In this document: positions 1-9,817 of the stretch, in pieces
Position numbering within the stretch: position 1 is the stretch's first letter
Layout of the letters: every line of letters starts with the position of its first letter
NCBI GenBank assembly: GCA_048937405.1
Contig: JBHLNF010000001.1
Coordinates: 512,001-576,000 of the forward strand
From: Promethearchaeota archaeon
Lineage (GTDB): Archaea > Asgardarchaeota > Lokiarchaeia > Sigyniarchaeales > SOKP01
Reading direction: 5' to 3'
DNA length: 64,000 nt
Made by a program: the position numbers and the translations under genes
The notes under the pieces: model-generated
The model's input: the letters and a program-made list of their open reading frames with translations, nothing else
What the model was told of the DNA's origin: nothing
Database searches by the model: none

Positions 1-73
1 TAATAGGTTATTCAATAAAAGGTCTACTTTTATTTAAGCCATTAAATTACATTCCATTATAAATATTATAGAA

Positions 74-206
74 TGGGCCTGGCAGGATTCGAACCTGCGA
101 CATTGGGTTCAATGGATTCATCCATTAAAAATCCCAGTCCGAAGCCGGGCACCCTTTCTGGGTTGCTCCCTCTTGGAAACAAAAATCCAGACTAGATTAC
201 AGGCCC
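74..206 (-). tRNA. tRNA-Arg(UCG) with two non-canonical BHB introns (156..184 at position 20a/21; 102..130 at 45/46)
   Basis: Reverse complement minus introns folds as GGGCCTG-TA-ATCT-AGTCTGGATA-GGGT-G-CCCGG-CTTCGGA-CTGGG-ATGTC-GCAGG-TTCGAAT-CCTGC-CAGGCCC-A (75 nt); anticodon TCG at 142..140; CCA not encoded. Confidence 0.93.
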
Positions 207-291
207 AATAAAAACTGGGGATGTAAATTATAATAATAATAATAGTAAAGGTAAATTAAATTTAATGTTTTAGAGGAGTACAGAATAAATA

Positions 292-729
292 TTAGATATT
301 TTCTGGTTTAAATCCGTTATTCATATATTTCAAAAATAATCGAATTAATTTTATAAATCTTAAGCCTTGTGAAAGATCTCCATCTACTTTAATTAATCCT
401 CTCATAAAAGCATCAGCTCCAGATATCTCCCGTTTTAAAATCTTAACTAGGATATCTTTATTAAGTTTAATTTGAAAAGATGCACTTCTATTTATCCCTT
501 TTTTGTAGATAACAGAACCGTGAGATATATTTAAACAGAAATTAAAATTAATATCTGTAATAATGAATTGGAATAAATCTGTATATTCTTCTATCTCTTC
601 TCGTAGTTCTTCAGTATTCTTGATCTTATTTACTACAAATCTAATGATCTTATCAAAGATCGCGATAAATTCCTCATCTTGATTGTCCAAATCATGGATT
701 ACAGAACTAAAGCCCTTTGAATTAAGCAT
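292..729 (-). CDS. SCP2 sterol/lipid-binding domain protein
   Basis: C-terminal ISGADAFMRGLIKVDGDL matches the SCP2 signature (AFMxGkLKixGD). Confidence 0.8.
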   Translation of the reverse strand: MLNSKGFSSVIHDLDNQDEEFIAIFDKIIRFVVNKIKNTEELREEIEEYTDLFQFIITDINFNFCLNISHGSVIYKKGINRSASFQIKLNKDILVKILKREISGADAFMRGLIKVDGDLSQGLRFIKLIRLFLKYMNNGFKPENI

Positions 730-903
730 AATTAATAAAGCTGTTCCTAATTCAAATAAATTATATTTTTATACCTAAATATTCTATATAATCTACATCA
801 TCTTTAATTAATATAAATCTTTCTATTAGGTGTATTTAATACTAAACAAAATAAAATTTTTATATTTTCATTTATTCCTTTAATTAAATAACTATAATTT
901 TTT

Positions 904-1074
904 GCGGCTATAGTGTAGCCCGGTCTTTAAGTATCAAACTTCCGTCTACTTAACCGAAAGCATTCGGGACTGTCACTCCTGTCCGAACAAGATGTATCTT
1001 GTACGTGGGAGACCGACGCGGGTTCAAAGGAAAGTTCTTCTCGAGCTTTTTAGAAAATCCCGCTAGCCGCGCCA
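904..1074 (+). tRNA. tRNA-Asp(GUC) with three non-canonical introns (927..958 at 20b/21; 982..1013 at 43/44; 1029..1057 at 59/60)
   Basis: Spliced sequence GCGGCTA-TA-GTGT-AGCCCGGTCTA-GCAT-T-CGGGA-CTGTCAC-TCCTG-CGAC-GCGGG-TTCAAAT-CCCGC-TAGCCGC-G-CCA (78 nt); anticodon GTC at 972..974; CCA encoded. Confidence 0.93.
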
Positions 1075-1392
1075 TTTTGAATTCTATCTTCATATATAAT
1101 ATTATCAAAAAAAGACAGAATAATTGACTTTAAAGCTTTGACAATAAAATCAAAATAATCTCTAAAAATTTCAAATTTATTTTTTAAATTATATTATTTA
1201 TACTATTGAAAAATTTTTTTTAATTTTACTAGTTTACATGTAAAATAGATAATTCTACTAAAAGTTTGAATAGGAGAATAATATAACCTTTTTATATCAT
1301 AATGACCTTTTAATATTGTTATTTATTTAATATTATCATAAATTATTTCCAAAATAAATGAGGAAAATTATACAAAAAGGTTGAAAATTAAA

Positions 1393-1827
1393 ATGGTTGA
1401 CGAATCATTATTAAAGAAGATAAAATCAGCTCAAGATGCTGGAGCAGCTAGTGCTTCTGCTGAGGACGTAATGCAGATGTATGAATTTGTTAAGCAGATC
1501 TCAAAAGAGAATGATGACCTTAAAGAAGAGCTTGAAGATATGGACATTGCCATCCAAAGTATTTTAACTGACATTGATAAGAAGGTCTGGTTAACAGTTA
1601 AAGAAGGTAATTTAGATTATGGTGAGGGAGAAGTGGATAACCCTTCATTTACAATGTCCTCCACACTCGAGGTAGGTGCGGGAATATTAATGGGGGAAGT
1701 AGATGCAACCTCAGCATATATGGCAGGAGATATTACCGTTGAAGGGAATCTTCAAGATGCCATGGCTTTCCAAGAGATTATTGAATTAGCTCTGGAAGCA
1801 TATGAAGATCTTATTGAAGATCTTTAA
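1393..1827 (+). CDS. SCP2 sterol/lipid-binding domain protein
   Basis: ILMGEVDATSAYMAGDITVEGNLQDA SCP2 signature; ATG 1393 preferred over the track TTG at 1381. Confidence 0.85.
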   Translation: MVDESLLKKIKSAQDAGAASASAEDVMQMYEFVKQISKENDDLKEELEDMDIAIQSILTDIDKKVWLTVKEGNLDYGEGEVDNPSFTMSSTLEVGAGILMGEVDATSAYMAGDITVEGNLQDAMAFQEIIELALEAYEDLIEDL

Positions 1828-2121
1828 AGAATCATCATCCAGTCACAACCTATAAGCTTTTAAAGAAATCTTCTTTTTTTTTATTAAATTTTCTATAATA
1901 ATCTTAAATATCTCTTTTTTTTGACGTAAGTTTTAAAAAATACTCCCTCTATAGTAAGAAAGAAATAAAATTCTCATATAGATTGTGTTATACCTATAAT
2001 ATTTTACCTTAAAAATTGCATTTTAAAACATTTTATGAGATAATATAAAAAAATAAATCTGTGGATTATTATTATTTGGTTAAGGTAAATATCGACAAAT
2101 TTTATTATTAGGTGTTAAACC

Positions 2122-2742
2122 ATAAAAAATGTTTTAAAACAATTATGTGAAGGAACAGATAATCTTATAAATCAACAATTCTATAAAGGAAAAGATGTTA
2201 TTATTGGTAGAACACCTGAAATATCTTTAAAAATAAGTAACTCTGGGCAAATTATAAGAAAATTTAAAGATATATTCAATCAAAATTTAGATTTATTTTT
2301 AAAAGGAAAATACCTAGAATTTCTAAAACTCTTTAAAAGGATAAAAGGAATAGATGAAAATTATATAAGAGAAATCTATAAAGACCTCCAGCTTAAATTT
2401 GAATCTATAAAGGAGGCTGAAAATATTAACACAGTTATTATTTACACCCTTGTATTAAATTCTATTATATCCAGTATCAGAGATCTCAATTTTGGAGTAG
2501 CAATCAAAGAAATTAAAAAACAGATTTTAAAAAGAGCAAATCTACAAGAAACTGTAATTCAGAAAGAATTGGATATGCTATTCATGAAAAATGATAAAAA
2601 TGTTTCAATTTTATATAACATCTCATACCTAGATACATTAGCTGAGTCTTTTAATTACAAAAAAGTTGCTCATATCTGTAAAATTCAGAAGAGTAAATTT
2701 ATAAATCGGATTGCAAAAAGAATTATATCGCAATACAAATAA
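2122..2742 (+). CDS. hypothetical protein (206 aa), missed by the ORF track; probable ATA start
   Basis: Stop-free frame from 2119 to TAA 2740..2742 (IKNVLKQLCEGTDNLINQQFYKGKDVIIGRTPE...RIISQYK); AGGTG SD at 2110..2114, 7 nt before ATA. Confidence 0.75.
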   Translation: MKNVLKQLCEGTDNLINQQFYKGKDVIIGRTPEISLKISNSGQIIRKFKDIFNQNLDLFLKGKYLEFLKLFKRIKGIDENYIREIYKDLQLKFESIKEAENINTVIIYTLVLNSIISSIRDLNFGVAIKEIKKQILKRANLQETVIQKELDMLFMKNDKNVSILYNISYLDTLAESFNYKKVAHICKIQKSKFINRIAKRIISQYK

Positions 2743-2761
2743 AACTCGCTCAAGAAAAGCT

Positions 2762-3520
2762 TTAAAAATCCTTTAAATCCTCAAATAAAATATCAACAAA
2801 TATTTTAATAACAATTTTTCTCAATTCTTCATTATATATTCTTATTTCATCAGAGATCTCAATCTGAATTGTCTGACTTTTTGGAATAAGGGAAGCACCA
2901 TAAGTTTGCGTTATATACCCTCCAGTTAAAATATATTCCCTCCTTCTTGGATGACCTGGAGCAATTGATATGTCATATTCCAGAAATTTTTGAATAATTT
3001 TTCCACGGATATTATTTCCCCAATTTCTTTTTGGAATTGATTCTGGAAAGAATGATTCTAAATTATTAGTACCTAAAATTACATCAACATCTCGAAATCC
3101 AGGTGGACGATTATATTTTTCAAAACCGTGAATATCTATCAAAAATGAATGATTGTAACTCTTTAGATTATTTAATATCCAATCTTTAATTTTAGAATGA
3201 TAAAAATTATAGATCTCCTTAGCTAGCAATGATTCCTGATTAAAAGCATCTTTCTCAAGGCGATTTAAATCGATTTTACTTCTCCGGATCAAAGAAAAAA
3301 TATGATAAGGATTTTTTTTTTCAAAATTTTTATCTTTAAATTTTTGACTGATCTGGAATATAAGATTCCTAGAAAATTCTATAGTACTTTTATCAATTCC
3401 CAAAACTCCAGTTTTTCTATTAGGTATAGAATCGCATTCTAATATTCCTCCATGTGGAACTGAGATAATTAATGGTATATTACCTTCTTTATATTCAATA
3501 AACTCACTAAATTCAGACAT
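2762..3520 (-). CDS. N-formylglutamate amidohydrolase-like Zn hydrolase
   Basis: PLIISVPHGG, IDLNR, LIDIHG and IQIEI motifs. Confidence 0.75.
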   Translation of the reverse strand: MSEFSEFIEYKEGNIPLIISVPHGGILECDSIPNRKTGVLGIDKSTIEFSRNLIFQISQKFKDKNFEKKNPYHIFSLIRRSKIDLNRLEKDAFNQESLLAKEIYNFYHSKIKDWILNNLKSYNHSFLIDIHGFEKYNRPPGFRDVDVILGTNNLESFFPESIPKRNWGNNIRGKIIQKFLEYDISIAPGHPRRREYILTGGYITQTYGASLIPKSQTIQIEISDEIRIYNEELRKIVIKIFVDILFEDLKDF

Positions 3521-3556
3521 TTTTAAATGAATATAATTTATAGAATAAAAAATCTA

Positions 3557-4021
3557 TTAAATAATTGGTGAGTTATGTAGAGTTAAGTATCTGAGAATTA
3601 TGAAAATGCCAATCCAAACACCAAATCCAATAATTCCAAAACTATAATAACCAAACGCACTTTTGTCTTTTTCAAATATCAAGTACGCAAAAAGCCAAGT
3701 TCCAAGGCCGCCAATTGCACATAAAATAACATCAGTGGTCATATTTTCCCAACTATCAGGTCTATTTTCAAATTTCCATCCAAGAGCAAGTAATATTGTA
3801 TGTTCAATGATTTCCCAAAGAATCGCACATACAATAGTAAGAATAAAAACAAATAAAAGCGAAAAAATTGGAGTTCTCCCTTTTTTTTTTGGAATTGTGT
3901 AAAATAAGGACCAGAATAGAAACAAGCCAATACCTAAACAAATATGACCTATAGAATAGAAATCAAACCATGAAATTCCTACTTCATCAATATGAGTAGC
4001 AAAAAATTCATTAAATAACAT
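3557..4021 (-). CDS. membrane protein, putative metal-binding (H..WExxE..ENxxxD)
   Basis: Four hydrophobic segments; DFYSIGH, LWEIIE and ENMTTD motifs. Confidence 0.6.
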   Translation of the reverse strand: MLFNEFFATHIDEVGISWFDFYSIGHICLGIGLFLFWSLFYTIPKKKGRTPIFSLLFVFILTIVCAILWEIIEHTILLALGWKFENRPDSWENMTTDVILCAIGGLGTWLFAYLIFEKDKSAFGYYSFGIIGFGVWIGIFIILRYLTLHNSPII

Positions 4022-4137
4022 AAATGCTTTTCCTAGTCTTTTTTTTCAATTCAATTTTAAAATAATAATAAAAAAATGAATATATATATACATCGGAGTT
4101 CAGATTTTAAGAGTTAAATATTTATATTTCTGAGATA

Positions 4138-5505
4138 ATGAATTACAAATTTATTTTAAAAAATACTGTATTATACAATATCAAACTAATGGTAATAGAA
4201 TATTTTGGTAATTCCAACTTGAAAAAAATCGCATTTCTAATTTATTACCATAAACAAAACTTTTATAGTTTGAATGCAATTGCTGGAGCGCTCGAAACAG
4301 ATGCCATTTTTGACAGTATTGATTTCTATTTTCTTCGCTCCTCAGACAAATTAATTGAAACATTAGAAGAAATTAGTAAAATATACCATACCTTAGTAAT
4401 TGGAATTTCATTTTCTACTATTCAACTTTTTGAAACATATGAATTAATTCAGAAATTAAAAAATCAAATTGAAAGGAGATATTTTATCATCGCAGGTGGT
4501 TCTCATCCAACTGGAGATCCATTTGGAACTCTGAAAATGGGATTCGATATTGTAGTGGTTGGTGAGGGAGAAGAAACAATAATAGAACTCATGCAAACCA
4601 TCATAAATAATGAAGATTATTCCAAAATCAAAGGAATTGCTTATCTTGATAATGAAAATAATTACATTTATACAGGTAAGCGAGCTTTAATTAATTTAGA
4701 TGAATATCCACCATTTCCTATTAAAAATACTAGATTTGGAGCCATTGAAATAACAAGAGGATGCCCTTATGTTTGTTATTTTTGTCAAACACCTTACATT
4801 TTAGGAACTTCTCCTCGACATAGAAGTATCGAATCTATTTGTCAGTATGTTCAAAAATTAGCAAATTATTATAGAAATAAAACCGATATAAGGTTTATAA
4901 CACCAAATGCTTTTTCCTACGGTTCCAAAGATGGAATGAGTTTGAATTTAAAAAAGCTTGAAGACCTTCTAATTAATATCAGAGAAATCATTGGTACTAC
5001 TGCTAAAATATTTTTAGGAACATTTCCGTCAGAAGTACGACCTGAACATGTAAATAATAAAACATTAGATTTAGTCTTAAAGTATGCTAATAATGATAAT
5101 ATCACTATAGGAGCGCAATCTGGAAGTCAAAAGATATTGGATTTTTGCCATAGGGGTCATACAATCGAAGAAATATCCAATGCTGTAGATTTAACTTTAA
5201 GCTATGATCTAAAAATTAATGTGGATTTTATCTTCGGTTTACCTGGAGAAAATGAAGAAGATGTTAAACTTACAATTGGTATGATGAAAGAATTATCCAA
5301 TAAAGGGGCTAGAGTACATGCTCATTCTTTTATTCCTTTACCCCAAACTCCCTTCTCTAAGGCACCTGTTAGTAGAATAAAAGATGTTTATAAAAAAGAA
5401 ATCATATCACTTATTTCAAAAGGTACTGCGTTCGGAGATTGGAAGAACCAAGAAAAATTAGCAATCAAAATTGGTAAATATTTTATGAACAAGAAATTGA
5501 AATAA
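4138..5505 (+). CDS. B12-binding domain / radical SAM protein
   Basis: GGSHPT and GEGEET B12-binding domain motifs; RGCPYVCYFC CxxxCxxC motif; true start may be somewhat downstream. Confidence 0.88.
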   Translation: MNYKFILKNTVLYNIKLMVIEYFGNSNLKKIAFLIYYHKQNFYSLNAIAGALETDAIFDSIDFYFLRSSDKLIETLEEISKIYHTLVIGISFSTIQLFETYELIQKLKNQIERRYFIIAGGSHPTGDPFGTLKMGFDIVVVGEGEETIIELMQTIINNEDYSKIKGIAYLDNENNYIYTGKRALINLDEYPPFPIKNTRFGAIEITRGCPYVCYFCQTPYILGTSPRHRSIESICQYVQKLANYYRNKTDIRFITPNAFSYGSKDGMSLNLKKLEDLLINIREIIGTTAKIFLGTFPSEVRPEHVNNKTLDLVLKYANNDNITIGAQSGSQKILDFCHRGHTIEEISNAVDLTLSYDLKINVDFIFGLPGENEEDVKLTIGMMKELSNKGARVHAHSFIPLPQTPFSKAPVSRIKDVYKKEIISLISKGTAFGDWKNQEKLAIKIGKYFMNKKLK

Positions 5506-5511
5506 TACCTT

Positions 5512-6393
5512 TTATTTTAATAATTCTACCATATTTTCCTTTATTTCAATAAATCCTTCTTTTTCTAATTGATAAAGAATAGTTTCAATTCTCTTTAAAT
5601 TATCAATTTTCAATTTCTCCTGGATTGTAATAATTTCCATCCTCCCTTCCTTAATTAAAAGTTTTAGAAGTTCTCCCCTAATTTGTCTAGTAGATCCATT
5701 ATAAGGTGTCTGTTTTCGATAATGTGTACTTTTTTTATTTAGTTCTGGATGTATTTTCTTCAACATTACTCCATAATCCATTAAGGCATAAAACCATTCA
5801 CGAGGATTATCATGATCTACAGTTTTTTTTACTATTGATATGATTTCATTATCATTTACTTTATCTTTATTAGGGAAAAAGAAGTAAATATATACCCTTC
5901 TTATATTTGTTTCTATAAAAGCCACAGGTTTATTAAATGCAAATGCTAAGATAGAGGACGCTGTATTATGTCCTATTTGTGGAAATGACTTCAGAATTTC
6001 TAATGAATCAGGGAGCTCTCCATTAAAATCTTTAACTATAGTCTTTGCAATATTTTTTAGTGCTATTGCTCTTCTGTTATAGCCTAAACCTTTCCATTCT
6101 ATAAGAATATCTTCAACTGAAGCTGATGATAAAGATAAAAAATCTGGAAATTTTTCAATAAATTTTCTAAACTTTTCAGAAACTCTATCAGTTTGGGTTT
6201 GCTGGAGCATAATTTCTGAAACGAGAACTCTATAGGGTGAAATTTTCTCTCTAAAAGGAAAATTCCTCTTATGATTTCTATAATAATCATAAATAAATTC
6301 CTTAAATAATCCAATTATATCTAAAGTTAAACCTTTTTGTTTGTATTTTTTGTGGAAATCAGTAATAAATAGTTCTTCACGAGATTTTGACAT
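5512..6393 (-). CDS. mutY: A/G-specific adenine glycosylase (HhH-GPD), lacking the FeS cluster motif
   Basis: PYRVLVSEIMLQQTQ, WKGLGYNRRA, PQIGHNTA and ETNIRRV motifs. Confidence 0.88.
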   Translation of the reverse strand: MSKSREELFITDFHKKYKQKGLTLDIIGLFKEFIYDYYRNHKRNFPFREKISPYRVLVSEIMLQQTQTDRVSEKFRKFIEKFPDFLSLSSASVEDILIEWKGLGYNRRAIALKNIAKTIVKDFNGELPDSLEILKSFPQIGHNTASSILAFAFNKPVAFIETNIRRVYIYFFFPNKDKVNDNEIISIVKKTVDHDNPREWFYALMDYGVMLKKIHPELNKKSTHYRKQTPYNGSTRQIRGELLKLLIKEGRMEIITIQEKLKIDNLKRIETILYQLEKEGFIEIKENMVELLK

Positions 6394-6488
6394 AGAATTC
6401 TGTAGAGTATATCTTTAATTAAATTTAAAAAAGAATATCATAATGAAATTTTTACTTTTAGAATATACTTCGTTTAATAATAAAATAA

Positions 6489-8396
6489 TTATGAAAGATC
6501 AAATGCAAATATAAGTACTCCTTCCTCAATTCTCTTGAGTTTTAGCAAATACCCAGAGCTATTAATAATATGAATCATTGGTTTATTTTCAAGTAAAATT
6601 GAACCTGTAAAAGTCCTATAATTAAGCTCTTTTCCAATTTGTACCAAATAATTCAATAGAAATTTAGAGATCCCTAATCCTCTCCAATCTTTATGGATTA
6701 CAAAAGCAAGTTCAGCAATAGAAGGGTGAATTGTTTTGAAAAAAGCACCCAACCCAATAATTTGATCTTCACCTTCATCATTAAATTCACAAACCAAAAT
6801 CATATCCGTTGAATAATCTATATTTACCATAGGTTGAATTTTTTTATGACTAAAATCTTTCATAGGAGTAAAAAATCTTAAATATCTATCTTGTTCGTCT
6901 AAAGAATAATGAAGTTCTTGAATCAATCTTTCATCTGTAGTTTTTACAGGACGGATTTTAATTGTTTTTCCATTCTTTAGATTTAAAAAAGTCTCATATT
7001 TTTCAGGATAGATACTTATTCTCCCATCAATCGAGATTGGTAACTTTTGGTCTGAATATACATATTTCCATTTTTTTGCATGTTCGAGTAACTCTTCTCT
7101 AAAATCAGGATGGGCTATGTTTATCATTTCAAGAACTCTTTCTCGGATATTTTTTCCATAGAGATAAGCAATACCCCATTCAGTAACAACATAATGAATA
7201 TCTCCTCTTGTAATTACCACACCTGAACCTGGTTGAAAATAAGGAACGATTCGAGATACTATTGTTCCATCTTTAAGTGTAGCAGTCGATGGTAGAGTCA
7301 TTATTGGTTTTCCTTCTATAGATCTGCCTGCTCCTCTTACAAAATCCACTTGTCCTCCAATTCCGCTATAAAAACGATGTCCTAAAGAGTCTGAATTTAC
7401 TTGCCCAGTTAAATCAATACTTAATGCCGCATTTATTGCAACTTGTTTTTTATTTTGACTTATAATAGAAGGGTCATTTGTATATTCACATGGATGAAAT
7501 TCCACCATCGGATTATCATCAACAAAATGATATAGCCTTTTAGAACCCATAACAAATGAGCATATAATCTTATCTTTATGTAAAGTCTTTTTTTTGCAAG
7601 TAACTACACCATTTTCTACTAAATCTACAATTCCATCTGAAAATACTTCACTGTGAACACCTAAATCTTTTTTTTCCATTAATTGTTGTGTAACTGCATT
7701 AGGAATTTGTCCTATTCCCATTTGAATAGTAGATTCATCTTCAACAAGGGAAGAAACAAATTTAGCGATTCTTCTAGATGTCTCATCAAGTTCACCATAA
7801 TTGAATTCAATAATTTCATGTTCACTTAATACAAATGCATCTATGTCATTCATATGAATAAAAGAATCACCTAAAGTGCGGGGCATTTTGGGATTAATTT
7901 CTGCCACTACATAATCTGCTGATTCTGCAATTGGTTTAACAATATCAACATTTATACCAAAACTACAAAATCCATAACGATCTGGTGGACTTACTTGGAT
8001 TAATGCAGTATCTAAATGCATTCTTCCAGATTTGAATAATTTTGGAATTTCTGAAAGAAGCATGGGAGTATAATCGGCTTGTCCAGTCTCAATATATTTT
8101 CGTAGTGATTTTCCAATGAAAAATGCATTATGTCTGAACAAATCTTCTATACCACCAGCAGTTTCATAGTAATCTAAATCACTTAGACTAAGAAAGTGTA
8201 ATATCTCAACATCTGGAAGTTCTAATCCAAGATCAATTAATTTTTTGGTAAGATCAATAGGTTCAGAACAACCAGAATCGATAAATATCCGAACACCTGG
8301 CTTAATATACTTTTTAATTGCATCATCTAAAGATACCTTTTTCTCTTGATATTGCTTTAAAAAATTAGTAGTATCTTGATTAGATTTATATGACAA
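6489..8396 (-). CDS. acetyl-CoA hydrolase / 4-hydroxybutyrate CoA-transferase family protein fused to a C-terminal GNAT domain
   Basis: TIQMGIGQIP, DLGVHSE, SGIGGQVDF and VVTEWG motifs; C-terminal AELAFVIHKDWRGLGIS. Confidence 0.9.
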   Translation of the reverse strand: MSYKSNQDTTNFLKQYQEKKVSLDDAIKKYIKPGVRIFIDSGCSEPIDLTKKLIDLGLELPDVEILHFLSLSDLDYYETAGGIEDLFRHNAFFIGKSLRKYIETGQADYTPMLLSEIPKLFKSGRMHLDTALIQVSPPDRYGFCSFGINVDIVKPIAESADYVVAEINPKMPRTLGDSFIHMNDIDAFVLSEHEIIEFNYGELDETSRRIAKFVSSLVEDESTIQMGIGQIPNAVTQQLMEKKDLGVHSEVFSDGIVDLVENGVVTCKKKTLHKDKIICSFVMGSKRLYHFVDDNPMVEFHPCEYTNDPSIISQNKKQVAINAALSIDLTGQVNSDSLGHRFYSGIGGQVDFVRGAGRSIEGKPIMTLPSTATLKDGTIVSRIVPYFQPGSGVVITRGDIHYVVTEWGIAYLYGKNIRERVLEMINIAHPDFREELLEHAKKWKYVYSDQKLPISIDGRISIYPEKYETFLNLKNGKTIKIRPVKTTDERLIQELHYSLDEQDRYLRFFTPMKDFSHKKIQPMVNIDYSTDMILVCEFNDEGEDQIIGLGAFFKTIHPSIAELAFVIHKDWRGLGISKFLLNYLVQIGKELNYRTFTGSILLENKPMIHIINSSGYLLKLKRIEEGVLIFAFDLS

Positions 8397-8663
8397 AAGA
8401 CCACCTTACAAATTTTAAATTTGATTAACGTAATTTTTATAGAATTTTAAATATTTATTTAATCCAAATAAACCATTCATTTTAGAGAGAAACATCAATA
8501 TATTGATTTTATAATATTTTTTAATTTTTATCATTAATTTTAATTAGTAACTATTGGTTTATGTAGGACTAAATTGTATTTTTGACATAAATAAACAATA
8601 ATAAATATTTAATTTCTTTCTAGAACTTATATTTTTATAAAAAAAGATTTTCCTCGATTTTAT

Positions 8664-9002
8664 ATGGCAAAAGATAAAGTTGATATTGAAGATTTAGAAG
8701 CTTTCATCGATGGTTTAAAGGATTCATTTGATACATTAGAACATATAGATCCTTCTCAAATAAAAGGATTTCAATCACAAATGGCAAAAGCAATTTCAGA
8801 TTTAAGATCAAAACGAGCAGCAATAATCGAACCACTCCCAGAACATATAGGGCATTTTACTAGATTAGACCTTAAAAATCTATTATTAAAGGAATTAGAA
8901 TCTTTACAGAACCATTTAGATTCAGCAGATTACAATTATAGAAAAAAATTTGAATTAGTAAAAAAAATTACTCTACTACGGGAGCAAGTAAATAGTATGT
9001 AG
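8664..9002 (+). CDS. hypothetical helical protein
   Basis: 112-aa ORF with ATG start and native-like composition. Confidence 0.65.
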   Translation: MAKDKVDIEDLEAFIDGLKDSFDTLEHIDPSQIKGFQSQMAKAISDLRSKRAAIIEPLPEHIGHFTRLDLKNLLLKELESLQNHLDSADYNYRKKFELVKKITLLREQVNSM

Positions 9003-9046
9003 CTTTCCTACTGTTTTTTTTTAAGGCTTTTTTGAGGGTTTATAGA

Positions 9047-9802
9047 ATGTTAATAGATATCCATTGTCATGCTAATCTCTATTTGGTAATTGATGAGATT
9101 ATCAAGGAAGCAAAAAATGCTGGAATTGGAAAAATTATCTCTGTTGGAATGAGTGTAATTAGTTTAGAACGGATTTTAGAGATCTCTGATAAATATGATA
9201 TTATATATCCCGCATTAGGAATTCATCCTGAAGAAGTAAAAATAAATAAAGATTTAGATAAACAATTGGATTCAGTAATTGATATAATTAGGAAAAATAA
9301 AGAAAAAGTTTGTGCTATAGGAGAAATTGGTTTAGATCATCACTTTATTAAAGAAACTGAGTTATATCCATTTCAAAAGATAGTTTTTGAAAAAATGCTA
9401 TCATTAGCACAAGAATTAGAGTTACCTGTGAATCTACATACTAAAGGTGCTGAAAAAATTGTTTTTGATATTTTACCATCATACTCCATTCCAAATATAA
9501 ATATTCATTGGTATTCTGGACCTGAACAATATTTAAATACTGGAATAGACAGAGGTTATTATTTTTCAATTACTCCAGCAATAAACTATTCCCCTGCAAT
9601 AAAAAAAACTGTTTTAAAAGTTGAAAAAGAATTTATTTTGCTTGAAAGTGATGGTCCTGTTAAATATTCAGGAGAAATTGGTACTCCTGCAATGATTCGA
9701 GAAGTTTTAAATACAATCTCAAAAATAAAAAAAATAGATTCTAAAGAATTAGAAATACAAATCGAGGATAATACAAATACTATATTTCCTAAGATTTTCT
9801 AA
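9047..9802 (+). CDS. tatD: TatD family hydrolase/DNase
   Basis: IDIHCH, GIHP, GEIGLD, HWYSG and ESDGP motifs; ATG 9047 preferred. Confidence 0.9.
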   Translation: MLIDIHCHANLYLVIDEIIKEAKNAGIGKIISVGMSVISLERILEISDKYDIIYPALGIHPEEVKINKDLDKQLDSVIDIIRKNKEKVCAIGEIGLDHHFIKETELYPFQKIVFEKMLSLAQELELPVNLHTKGAEKIVFDILPSYSIPNINIHWYSGPEQYLNTGIDRGYYFSITPAINYSPAIKKTVLKVEKEFILLESDGPVKYSGEIGTPAMIREVLNTISKIKKIDSKELEIQIEDNTNTIFPKIF

Positions 9803-9817
9803 TAAACATTGAAAAAG

